From Candidatus Saccharimonadota bacterium (GTDB lineage: Bacteria > Patescibacteriota > Saccharimonadia > Saccharimonadales > Saccharimonadaceae), in the NCBI GenBank assembly GCA_017432365.1, contig JAFRJG010000018.1, positions 27,672-91,671 on the forward strand: a stretch of DNA of 64,000 nucleotides, in the 5' to 3' direction. The notes beneath the pieces were generated by a model. That model saw only the letters and a list, made by a program, of their open reading frames with translations. It did no database searches and was not told the DNA's origin. The translations under genes and the position numbers were made by a program. Below, one piece after another: positions 45,729 through 54,167 of this stretch (the stretch's first letter is position 1; every line of letters begins with the position of its first letter).

Positions 45729-45833
45729 CGAATTTCTGCGTTAAAGCTTGCGGTACTCAAGAGACGTACGTTGAAGTACGTCTCTTTCCGTTCCTCGGCT
45801 TTGCCTTGAACTTCATCTAAATATCAAAGTTGT
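45712..45833. terminator. 122-nt palindromic element: an outer 17-bp perfect inverted repeat around a central 10-bp terminator hairpin (45760-45785)
   Basis: ACAACTTTGATATTTAG (45712-45728) pairs with CTAAATATCAAAGTTGT (45817-45833). AGAGACGTAC-GTTGAA-GTACGTCTCT sits at the same symmetry centre. Confidence 0.75.
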
Positions 45834-45837
45834 TTAG

Positions 45838-47277
45838 TTAGCGACCGGATTTTGGGAAGAGGGGAGGGAGAGGGGAGATGGTGGGGGCGGAGAGGGAGGC
45901 GAGGAGATGGTTCGAGGTTTCGGGGAGGAAGGGAGCGAGGAGGGCGACGGCAGAGAGGAAGTCTTTGAGGAGAGATTCGAGAGATTTATGGGCGGTTTCG
46001 GGGTCGGTTTTAGCGAGAGACCAGGGCTTTTCTGTGTCGATGCGCTTGTTTAGAGCTTGGAACTTCGACCAGACGTAATCGAAAGCTTTAGAAAACTCGA
46101 AGGAGTCCATGAGCGTACGATAAGCTTCGTCGGAGGCGAGGGCGGAGTCGAGGTCAGCGCGGGCGTTCGGGGAGAGGGCGACGGAGTTTTTTGCGCAGAG
46201 CGTGGCGAGGCGCGAGGCGAGGTTTCCGAGGTCGTTAGCGAGTTCGCCGGAGTAGGCGGCTTCAAACTTGTCCCAGGTGAAATTAGAGTCGGCGAAAGTA
46301 TCAACATGGCGAAGGAAGAAGTAGCGGAGCGGGTCGAGACCATGGCGCGCGAGAACGTCGAAGGGGTCAACGACGTTGCCGAGGGACTTGGACATTTTTT
46401 GACCGTCGTTTAAGACGAAGCCGTGGGAGAGAACAACTTTCGGGAGAGGGAGATTGAGGCCGAGGAGAATTGTGGGGAGAATAATGGTATGGAAGCGGAG
46501 AATGTCTTTTCCGACGAACATGGCGGTCGGAGGCCAGAAGTCGGCAATATCGGTTTCCGGAAAACCGAGGACGGTGAGGTAGTTTGTTAAGGCGTCGAGC
46601 CAGACGTACATGACTTGAGAATCGTCGCCAGGGACGGGGATTCCCCAGGGAAGGCTCGATTTCGGGCGGGAGATAGAAACGTCGGGAGAATCTTCAAGCA
46701 GATTCAAAACTTCTTTCGCGCGGAAAGCAGGGAGGACTCGCATAGTTCCGGATTCGATAGCGGTTTTTATTTGGGGCTTAAATTCGGAGATTTTGAGATA
46801 ATAATTTTTTTCCGAAAGGCGTTCGAAGGGGGTCGCGTGGTCGGGGCAGACGCCGTTTTCGTCTTTATATTCGCTGTCGGAGACGAAGCGTTCACAACCA
46901 GAGCAATACCAGCCTTCGTAGGAGGCGGAATAAATATAGGGTTTTAACTGTTTCCAGATAGCGCTTGCACGGCGGACATGGGCTTCGTCGGTTGTGCGGA
47001 CAAAGTCGGTCGGAGTAACGCCGAGTTGTTGAATAAACTCGCGGAAGCGGGCGGAGTTGTTATCGACATAAGTCTGGACAGGGAGGTCGAGAGAGGCGGC
47101 TTTATTCCAGATTTTTGAGCCGTGTTCATCGGTTCCGGCTTGGAGTCGGACGGAGACACCGAGCGTTTCGAGATAACGTTTATAAACGTCGGCGAGGAGA
47201 TAATCAAGAAGATGACCGACATGAGGGGCGCCGTTGACATAAGGGATAGCGGTAGTAAGATAGGCGGTTTTGGACAT
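45838..47277 (-). CDS. metG: Methionyl-tRNA synthetase (short form)
   Basis: Contains TTAIPYVNGAPHVGH and KMSKSLGN. Confidence 0.95.
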   Translation of the reverse strand: MSKTAYLTTAIPYVNGAPHVGHLLDYLLADVYKRYLETLGVSVRLQAGTDEHGSKIWNKAASLDLPVQTYVDNNSARFREFIQQLGVTPTDFVRTTDEAHVRRASAIWKQLKPYIYSASYEGWYCSGCERFVSDSEYKDENGVCPDHATPFERLSEKNYYLKISEFKPQIKTAIESGTMRVLPAFRAKEVLNLLEDSPDVSISRPKSSLPWGIPVPGDDSQVMYVWLDALTNYLTVLGFPETDIADFWPPTAMFVGKDILRFHTIILPTILLGLNLPLPKVVLSHGFVLNDGQKMSKSLGNVVDPFDVLARHGLDPLRYFFLRHVDTFADSNFTWDKFEAAYSGELANDLGNLASRLATLCAKNSVALSPNARADLDSALASDEAYRTLMDSFEFSKAFDYVWSKFQALNKRIDTEKPWSLAKTDPETAHKSLESLLKDFLSAVALLAPFLPETSNHLLASLSAPTISPLPPLFPKSGR

Positions 47278-47301
47278 ATATACAATATATAATATGTCGG
47301 G

Positions 47302-47925
47302 CTAGAGCGCAAACGCGATTAAGAGGACGAGACCGATAATGATAATTGCGCTGCCGCCGACGATAAGGATGATAGGATTGAGCTTTTTGACTTTGTCGGA
47401 GATTTGAGAAAGGTCGATAGTTCCGGGTTTCTGGGTCTTAGGTTCGGTTCCGGGAGCCGGGGCGTCGGGAGCGGCGGCGGGGTCGTTAAAGGCGACCGAA
47501 GGAGTCGATTTCGGGGCGTCGGCAAAGGAGGCGTCGGGGGTTCCGGCGCTAACACCGTCAGCCGGGGCGGGAGACAAATCGGCAGAGGGAGCGGTCGTAA
47601 AGTCAGCGGAAGGGGCGGCAACATTGGCAAACGGAGAAGCAGAGCCGAGCGAGTCGAGCGGGGTCGCGGAGGCGTCCGGGAGCGGATTTTCGGTCGCTTC
47701 CTTGGGGACGTCAGCGATAGCTTCTTGAAGAAGGGAGGGGTCAAAAGTCGGGGCTTCCGGGAGAGGAGACGCCGCGAGCGGAGCCATTTCGGGGGCCGGG
47801 GTCGGCGCGGTTAGCGGGACAGCCGCTTCCGGGGCGGGCGCAGGAGCCGGAGTGAGCGGAGGAGTCGCGAGGGTCGCGGGATTAGGCGGGGTTGGTGTTA
47901 AAGGGGCGTTCGAATCGGGGTTCAT
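47302..47925 (-). CDS. Pro/Ala-rich tail-anchored protein, hypothetical
   Basis: 207 aa. About 180 aa of low-complexity P/A/T/S sequence, then a C-terminal TM segment, IILIVGGSAIIIIGLVLLIAFAL. Confidence 0.55.
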   Translation of the reverse strand: MNPDSNAPLTPTPPNPATLATPPLTPAPAPAPEAAVPLTAPTPAPEMAPLAASPLPEAPTFDPSLLQEAIADVPKEATENPLPDASATPLDSLGSASPFANVAAPSADFTTAPSADLSPAPADGVSAGTPDASFADAPKSTPSVAFNDPAAAPDAPAPGTEPKTQKPGTIDLSQISDKVKKLNPIILIVGGSAIIIIGLVLLIAFAL

Positions 47926-47975
47926 TCTATAAGGCTCTCCATAGCGTTAAAGTTATAATGAAACTTATACTTAGT

Positions 47976-48776
47976 TTAACGCGTTTTTAGGGTTTTTACA
48001 AGGTTTAGGTAATTTTCTAGGGAGAGGTCGGAAGGACGGGCGTTCGGGGAGAGGTCTTGAATAGAGAGGAGTGTGATGAGTTCCGAGGCGGAGAGACCGA
48101 GCGGAGCGAGGTTTTTAAGCAGTTTTTTCCGAGGGCTAGAGAAAGCGAGTTTGATGAGATTCTCGACTTCTGGCGCGAGAGCGGGAGGGAGTTTAGGGGA
48201 GACGCGGGGTTCGAGAACGAGGACGCGAGAGTCAACTTTCGGAGAGGGCGTGAATAATTCCCTTTTGACGACAGGGCCAAGCGAGGCGGCGGCGAGATTA
48301 TCGACGTAAAGCGAGAGCGAGGAGGAATGACGAGGGTCGCAGAGCTTTTCGGCGACTTCTTTTTGAACAAGGAGAACGATTTTTTCGGGCGGGGTCTTGA
48401 GCGAGAGGAGGGACTTGAGGATTTTTGAGGTAATATAATAAGGAATATTTCCGGCGACGACGAAGGGTTCATGGATTTCATGGTCAAAGTCGAAGGCGAG
48501 GACGTCAACGTTTTTAACTTCGAGATTTTTTCCGGGGAAGCTTTTGGGGAGGTTTTCGGCGAGCATCGTATCGAGTTCGAGAGCGAGGACTTTTTTAAAG
48601 CGCTTGAGCAGGCTCGACGTGAGTGTACCGAGTCCGGGACCAATTTCGACACAGAGGCGGGGCGGGTTTTCGAGGGCGGATTCGGGAAAATCGGCGGCAA
48701 GGTCGGCGATGGTTTCGAGAGTAGGGCGGTCGTGGAGCCAGTTTTGACCTAGGGATTTTTTATTTTTAAGCGCCAT
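47976..48776 (-). CDS. rsmA: 16S rRNA (adenine1518/1519-N6)-dimethyltransferase
   Basis: Contains KKSLGQNWLHD, EIGPGLGTLT and AGNIPYYITS. Confidence 0.93.
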   Translation of the reverse strand: MALKNKKSLGQNWLHDRPTLETIADLAADFPESALENPPRLCVEIGPGLGTLTSSLLKRFKKVLALELDTMLAENLPKSFPGKNLEVKNVDVLAFDFDHEIHEPFVVAGNIPYYITSKILKSLLSLKTPPEKIVLLVQKEVAEKLCDPRHSSSLSLYVDNLAAASLGPVVKRELFTPSPKVDSRVLVLEPRVSPKLPPALAPEVENLIKLAFSSPRKKLLKNLAPLGLSASELITLLSIQDLSPNARPSDLSLENYLNLVKTLKTR

Positions 48777-49864
48777 TAGCGTCCGTCGTGGTTAGTCCAG
48801 TCGGTCGCGAGGTCGAACTGCTCCGGGTTCGAGGAAGCGAAACCGCCGGTATCGTAAACTTTTCCGGGACCGAGCGAAGTCTCGACAATGGAACAGCGGG
48901 GGTAACGAGAGAGATTGGCGGCGACGAGAACGTAGCCGTCTTCATCGACCTTGGCGCCGTCTTCGCGGACGGTATAGGAACTTTTACCACAATAACTCAT
49001 GACAACAGACATCGGGAGGTCATAGAACGTTTCTTGGCGTTCAACGGTTGTGCCGGAGAGATTGGTTGTTGTATAACGGTTACGCCCCATCGAGGGGGTT
49101 AGCGGGTTTTGGGAAAGTTTCGGGGCGCCAACGGCGACGACGCGGTCAACGGGGGCGCGGAGAGTTTCTTCAGAGATGAGTTCTTTTTCGACTTCTTGAC
49201 CGTCGATTGACTTGATACGGAAGACGCGGCGGATTTTACCGAGTTCGCCGAGGGACTCGACTTTTTCGGAGCCTTCGGGAATATCATAGGACTTGACGGT
49301 TTTAGTCTCGAAGGGTAAGTCTTCTTCGAGGGTGACGGTTTTTCCTTCGCCGCGAATGATTTTTAGAGCGGAAGAGACGCCGGCTTCGAGAAAGTTGGCT
49401 GCGGAAACGGTCTCGACGCGGTCTTCGTCATAAACGGTAAAGCCGGCAGAACGGACGACGGTTTTTGGGTCAAAGCTCGAAACGTTGACGATTTTCGAGA
49501 CGGCGCCGTCGAGAATCAGGACGGGGCGAGAGCGATAAATGTTAATGAAGAAATTATCGGCATCAATTCCAGTTTCGAGCGAGGGAGAAACCGAGTCGGT
49601 TTCGGAAAGAACGACGTTCAGGCGATCGAGAAGGTCGCCGACGGTCGAAGCGGAAGAGCGGACGGTGCGCTTCGAGGAGCCATCGAAGACGGTGATGAAC
49701 TTTTCTTCAGGGACGAAAGCGTAGGTTTCGGATTCTTCAAGCGAGTCTTCGGTTTCGGCGAAAGTCCGCTTCGAGAAAGAATAAAACGAGAAGCTCAAAA
49801 TCAAGCCTAAAAGGAAGGCGGAAAGGAGATAAAGGGACTTTTTCGAGTTCAAAACAGTCCGCAT
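48776..49864 (-). CDS. YabE-like cell-wall protein (DUF348 repeats, G5 domain, C-terminal 3D domain)
   Basis: Signal or anchor helix; G5-like segment TKTVKSYDIPEGSEKVESLGELGKIRRVFRI...DRVVAVG; 3D-like tail GYVLVAANLSRYPRCSIVETSLGPGKVYDTGGF. Shares yabE-ksgA synteny. Confidence 0.7.
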   Translation of the reverse strand: MRTVLNSKKSLYLLSAFLLGLILSFSFYSFSKRTFAETEDSLEESETYAFVPEEKFITVFDGSSKRTVRSSASTVGDLLDRLNVVLSETDSVSPSLETGIDADNFFINIYRSRPVLILDGAVSKIVNVSSFDPKTVVRSAGFTVYDEDRVETVSAANFLEAGVSSALKIIRGEGKTVTLEEDLPFETKTVKSYDIPEGSEKVESLGELGKIRRVFRIKSIDGQEVEKELISEETLRAPVDRVVAVGAPKLSQNPLTPSMGRNRYTTTNLSGTTVERQETFYDLPMSVVMSYCGKSSYTVREDGAKVDEDGYVLVAANLSRYPRCSIVETSLGPGKVYDTGGFASSNPEQFDLATDWTNHDGR

Positions 49865-49876
49865 ATGGTAATTTTA

Positions 49877-51070
49877 TCACAATTCAAGGGCTTTGTCCAT
49901 CTGGGGATCGCGAGAATGGTTTGTATCGTCGTAAGTATTGACAACTTCGACGTCCGGTTCGATACCGGTTTCGTTGATGGTGTTGCCGAGAGGGGTGTAC
50001 CAATGGGCGGTTGTGACTTTTAAGGTCGTTCCAGCGGAAAGGTCGAGCATGGTCTGGACGACGCCCTTGCCGAAGGTCGTTTCACCAAGGACGGTGGCTT
50101 TTTCATAATCTTTCAGGGCGCCGGTGACGATTTCGGAGGCGGAAGCGGTCGAGCCGTTGACGAGGACGACAGTCTTCGTATTGGCAAAGAGAGCTTGGTT
50201 TTTGGAGGAGTAAGTGATTTCGTCGGCAGAGGAGAGCTTTGATTTTTGAATCAAAACTTTTTCTCCGTCAAGCCAGAGCGAGAGAAGGTCACGTGCGGCG
50301 GAGACGTAGCCGCCGCCGTTATTGCGGAGGTCGAGGATGATTTTTTTCACGTTATGGTTCAAAATGTCGTTGGCAAAGCTCTGAACCAGGGTTCCGGTAT
50401 CGGTATCGAAGCGGTTGATGGTGATTACGGCGATATCCTTTTTGTCGCCCTTGAAATCGTAGTAGGCGGAGACGTTGTTGATAGTTTCACGAACGAGGTC
50501 GAAGCTCTTTTCTTCTCCGTCGCGTGCGACGGTAAGTTTCACGGAGGTTCCGGCTTCCCCGCGGAGCTTTAGAGCGATATTTTCGGTTGACCAAGTATAA
50601 ACCTCTTCGTCGTCGATTTTATAGATGATGTCGCCGGCGAGAACGCCAGCTTTTCGCGCGGGGTTATCGGGGAGTGTGCGGAGGACACGAACATAGCCGT
50701 CGCGCAGTCCCATTTCGATTCCAACGCCAGCGCCGACGTCGCCATGGAGAGATTTGTTAAACTCGGTCGATTCATCGCGGGTCATATAGACGGTGTATTG
50801 GTCGCCAACGGCGGAGACGAGTCCCTTTTTCGCGCCTTCGATGATGTCGGCTTTGGTAATTTCGCCGTCATAATTCGAGACGAGGGAGTTATAAACTTCG
50901 TTTAAGTCGGACCAAGAGATAGACTTTTCGGAGGAGATTTTTCCGCCGAGATAAGGGGAGTAATTATCGAAGGCTTTACCGAGGAAGAAGCCGACAACGA
51001 GCGTTAAAGCGGCGGCGATAATTGCGCCGGAGAGCGAAATCTTTTGAGGCTTCCATTCGGTCTTTTTCAT
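49877..51070 (-). CDS. ctpA: Carboxy-terminal processing peptidase (S41 family) with a PDZ domain
   Basis: PDZ segment PARKAGVLAGDIIYKIDDEEV; also LDLRNNGGG and NGSTASASEIVTGALKD. Confidence 0.88.
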   Translation of the reverse strand: MKKTEWKPQKISLSGAIIAAALTLVVGFFLGKAFDNYSPYLGGKISSEKSISWSDLNEVYNSLVSNYDGEITKADIIEGAKKGLVSAVGDQYTVYMTRDESTEFNKSLHGDVGAGVGIEMGLRDGYVRVLRTLPDNPARKAGVLAGDIIYKIDDEEVYTWSTENIALKLRGEAGTSVKLTVARDGEEKSFDLVRETINNVSAYYDFKGDKKDIAVITINRFDTDTGTLVQSFANDILNHNVKKIILDLRNNGGGYVSAARDLLSLWLDGEKVLIQKSKLSSADEITYSSKNQALFANTKTVVLVNGSTASASEIVTGALKDYEKATVLGETTFGKGVVQTMLDLSAGTTLKVTTAHWYTPLGNTINETGIEPDVEVVNTYDDTNHSRDPQMDKALEL

Positions 51071-51126
51071 CTAACTTATTCTAACATGTTTTGAGACGAA
51101 AAAGTGTTGTAAAAAGAGAGAAGGGG

Positions 51127-52251
51127 CTAATTATCGAAATGAATAAAGACGAGACCAGCGGTCGAGACGCCCATGCGATAGCCATAATCTCCGGGGAGAC
51201 CAGAGGCGGCGCTGTAACTGTTGTTATATTCGGAGAGGTTAATTGTGCCGTTATCGTTGACGGATTCAACCCACATGACATGCCCCCATTCGCCAGAGTT
51301 CGAGACGGCGACGGTAAAGGGGGCGGGATTTCGGTCAACGCGATACCCGCGGGCGACGGCAGATTCATCCCAGCTATAAGCGTTTCCCCAGTAGGCGATA
51401 TATACGCCCCAATGTTCGAAGGCTTTATAACCAGCGTAGGAGGTACACTGGCAGACATAGCCCCATTGAGTTCCATACCAGAGGTTTTTCGCGGGACAGT
51501 CGCCTTGATAAGGGTAGGTATTGGTTCCGAAACCGGCGATACCGGAACTGTTCAAGCGGGCAACTTCTTCGGCGATAGCGTTTTCCTTAACTTTTCGGGC
51601 GGCTTCGGCTTCTTCGGTAAAGGCTTCGGCATTGTCGCGGTATTGAATCATGAGCTGATTTTGTTCGGCGCGCTTTTCGGCGATAACTTGTTTTTGATTG
51701 GTTTGGTCAACGAGAATACGGTCAACTTCGGCTTTTTGAGCCTCGAGTTCGTCCTTAACGGCTTTGATGTTTTTAGCGGAGAGATTGATTTGTTGCTTGA
51801 CGGTATCGGCGCGAGACTGTTTCTCGGCGAGATCGGAGAGACTTGTCGAGCCGGCGATAACCATGATAGCGTCAGGCTCGGAGTCAAAATGCATCTCGAC
51901 GAGGAGAGAGGCGAGAGCGGATTTTTGAACTTCGAGTTTCTCTTCGTTTTTAGAGATTTTTTCGGCAAGTTCGGCGGCTTCGGCTTCTTTAGCTTTAATC
52001 TTAGCTTCGAGAGCGGCGATTTCGAGTTCGAGACCCTGAATAACGTCTTCGAGAGATTCGGCGGCGGAAGAAGCGGCGGCGGCTTTTTCCCTAGCCTTCG
52101 CTTCGGCGGCAGCGGCAGCTTGACATTCTTCGGAGGTACAAAAATCAACGGCGCGAGCAACGTGGGAAGAGGTTTTCAAGATAAAGAAGACTGACGAAAA
52201 GGCGACGACAGAGGCAACAAGACAGATTTTGAGTCTTCTAAGTATTACCAT
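51127..52251 (-). CDS. PcsB-like secreted peptidoglycan hydrolase: long coiled coil plus C-terminal CHAP domain
   Basis: Coiled coil at about aa 40-240. CHAP Cys context is VCQCTSYAGYKAF and His context is GHVMWVESV. Lies immediately downstream of ftsEX. Confidence 0.8.
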   Translation of the reverse strand: MVILRRLKICLVASVVAFSSVFFILKTSSHVARAVDFCTSEECQAAAAAEAKAREKAAAASSAAESLEDVIQGLELEIAALEAKIKAKEAEAAELAEKISKNEEKLEVQKSALASLLVEMHFDSEPDAIMVIAGSTSLSDLAEKQSRADTVKQQINLSAKNIKAVKDELEAQKAEVDRILVDQTNQKQVIAEKRAEQNQLMIQYRDNAEAFTEEAEAARKVKENAIAEEVARLNSSGIAGFGTNTYPYQGDCPAKNLWYGTQWGYVCQCTSYAGYKAFEHWGVYIAYWGNAYSWDESAVARGYRVDRNPAPFTVAVSNSGEWGHVMWVESVNDNGTINLSEYNNSYSAASGLPGDYGYRMGVSTAGLVFIHFDN

Positions 52252-52323
52252 AAGTTTATAATAATACTTATTTTTAGAATAAGCAAGAAAATTATTGACG
52301 AGGAAGGGGTTTGGGGGCGTGGA

Positions 52324-53349
52324 TTATTTTGTGGCGGAGCGCATGTATTTATGGACGGCGAGACGAGCGGAGATAGTACCGATTAACATTCCGGCGAGAA
52401 TCATGGTTAAGACGACATAGACGATTTTATTAGAGTCTAAGATGTTCGAGACGGTCGCAACGCTAATTCCGTAGTTTGCGAGGCGCGGTTCGAGGAAGCG
52501 GAAGCCGGCGTAAGCGAGTCCAAAGGAGAGCAGTCCGGAAACGACACCAGAGAGCTGCGCTTCGACGAGGAAGGGACCGCGAATAAACCCGCGGTCGGCG
52601 CCGACGAGTTTCATCATATAGATTTCTTCTCGGCGGGAGAAAATAGCCATGCGGATTGTATTGAAGATGACGAGGACGGAGATAACGAGGAAGACAATAG
52701 AGAGGACTAGCCCGCCGGTTTTGGCGATTTTTGCCCAGCGAGTAATCGTTGCAATTTCGGAGGAGTTTACGTCGTATGTCGGTTCTTCAGTCGTGTCGAG
52801 GTTTTTAACGAAGAGAAGGTCGGAAGCGACGATGTTTTTTATTGAATCGAGATTGTCCGGGTCATAGACCTTGAGGCGCATGGTGGACTGCATGGTGGAA
52901 ATCATGGTTTCGCGCATGTTCATTTCCGGGTCTTCAAGAGTTTCAATCAAGAGGGAGTTATCGGCGTTTTCTTGAAGGAAGTTTTGATATTCTTCTTCGG
53001 AGGTTTTGACTTCGGCGGACTTGACGTTAGAGTCAGCGAGCATGGTATTTTTTAGCTCTTCGAGAGTCTCGGCGGAAGTCTCGGGCTTGAAGAAGAGGGT
53101 AATATCGATACGGTTTTTCATCGCATCGGCGGTCTCGGAGAGAACAAGAGTTGCGACGAGGGTAATCGAGAGGACGATTAGCGTTAGAGTCATCACGAGG
53201 GTCGCGGCGGTCGAGAGCCAGATGTTCCGACCGAAGTTGATAGTGCCGTATTTGACGATTCGGGAGACGTTGCGGAAAGATTTACGCTTGCTGTTTTTAG
53301 TCAGGGTTTTTAAGTGTTTTTTGGTGACTTTTTTCGTGGCGGAGGGCAT
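52324..53349 (-). CDS. ftsX: Cell-division ABC transporter permease FtsX
   Basis: 341 aa with 4 TM helices, a large first extracytoplasmic loop and KLVGADRGFIRGPFLVE. Confidence 0.88.
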   Translation of the reverse strand: MPSATKKVTKKHLKTLTKNSKRKSFRNVSRIVKYGTINFGRNIWLSTAATLVMTLTLIVLSITLVATLVLSETADAMKNRIDITLFFKPETSAETLEELKNTMLADSNVKSAEVKTSEEEYQNFLQENADNSLLIETLEDPEMNMRETMISTMQSTMRLKVYDPDNLDSIKNIVASDLLFVKNLDTTEEPTYDVNSSEIATITRWAKIAKTGGLVLSIVFLVISVLVIFNTIRMAIFSRREEIYMMKLVGADRGFIRGPFLVEAQLSGVVSGLLSFGLAYAGFRFLEPRLANYGISVATVSNILDSNKIVYVVLTMILAGMLIGTISARLAVHKYMRSATK

Positions 53350-54143
53350 TATTTTTTCTCCTTTTTAGGACTACGGGACTTGGCGGAGGAGACGATGGGC
53401 TTTGTGTTGATTTTAATTTCGGAGGCGGGGGAAGGCGACGTTGGGATTTTTTCTTCGTCGAGGCGGTAAATACCGTGTTCCTTTTGGTCGGCGACGATTT
53501 TCCCGTTTTTCAAGGTTACGACGCGCTTGTTAAGGTTGTTGACGATGGCCTCGTCATGAGTCGTAACGAGGACGGTCGTTCCGAAATCGTTGATTTTTTG
53601 AAGGAGGGAGATAATTTCGGCGCGAGTTAACTTATCGAGGTTTCCGGTCGGCTCGTCGGCGATAAGGATTTTCGGCTGACGGGCGACGGAGCGGGCAATC
53701 GAAACGCGCTGTTGTTGACCGCCGGAGAGTTGAGCTGGGAACTTATGAGCCTGGTCGGAGAGGTCAACGAGGTCGAGGACTTTCGGGACGGTTCGGCGGA
53801 TTTCGCGGGAGGACATTCCGGCGATTTCGAGAGCGAAGGCGACGTTTTCGTAAACGGTACGGCGGGGGAGGAGCTTGAAATCTTGAAAAACGACGCCGAG
53901 GCGACGGCGGTAATGAGGAATGTGGCGGCGACGGACATAATCGAGGTCAATCCCGCCGATGATAATTTTTCCGACGTCGGGGTTTTCCTCTTTTGTAATC
54001 ATTTTCATCAAGGTCGATTTTCCGGCGCCGGACTTTCCGACGAGGAAGACAAATTCGTTCGGTTCGATATGAAGCGAGACATCGTCAAGAGCGGGCTTTT
54101 TATCGCCCGGGTAAATCTTCGTGACATGGTCGAGAAGAATCAT
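53349..54143 (-). CDS. ftsE: Cell-division ATP-binding protein FtsE, with about a 40-aa C-terminal extension
   Basis: Contains GKSGAGKST, LSGGQQQRVSIARS and ILIADEPTGNLD. Confidence 0.92.
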   Translation of the reverse strand: MILLDHVTKIYPGDKKPALDDVSLHIEPNEFVFLVGKSGAGKSTLMKMITKEENPDVGKIIIGGIDLDYVRRRHIPHYRRRLGVVFQDFKLLPRRTVYENVAFALEIAGMSSREIRRTVPKVLDLVDLSDQAHKFPAQLSGGQQQRVSIARSVARQPKILIADEPTGNLDKLTRAEIISLLQKINDFGTTVLVTTHDEAIVNNLNKRVVTLKNGKIVADQKEHGIYRLDEEKIPTSPSPASEIKINTKPIVSSAKSRSPKKEKK

Positions 54144-54167
54144 AATCTCATGTTAGCATAAAAAGTT

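Noticed and set aside
51091-52194. A 367-aa + strand ORF antisense to the CHAP gene. Similar long antisense ORFs occur at 9198-9863, 16442-17104, 19719-20330, 20084-20839, 23728-24384, 37977-38606 and 43541-44230.
   Set aside because: All are codon-aligned antisense frames of well-supported genes. Sense codons end mostly in C (minus-strand genes) or G (+ strand genes), so the antisense codons start with G or C and rarely form stops. Their products are low-complexity G/R/V/F- or R/P-rich sequences with no motifs.
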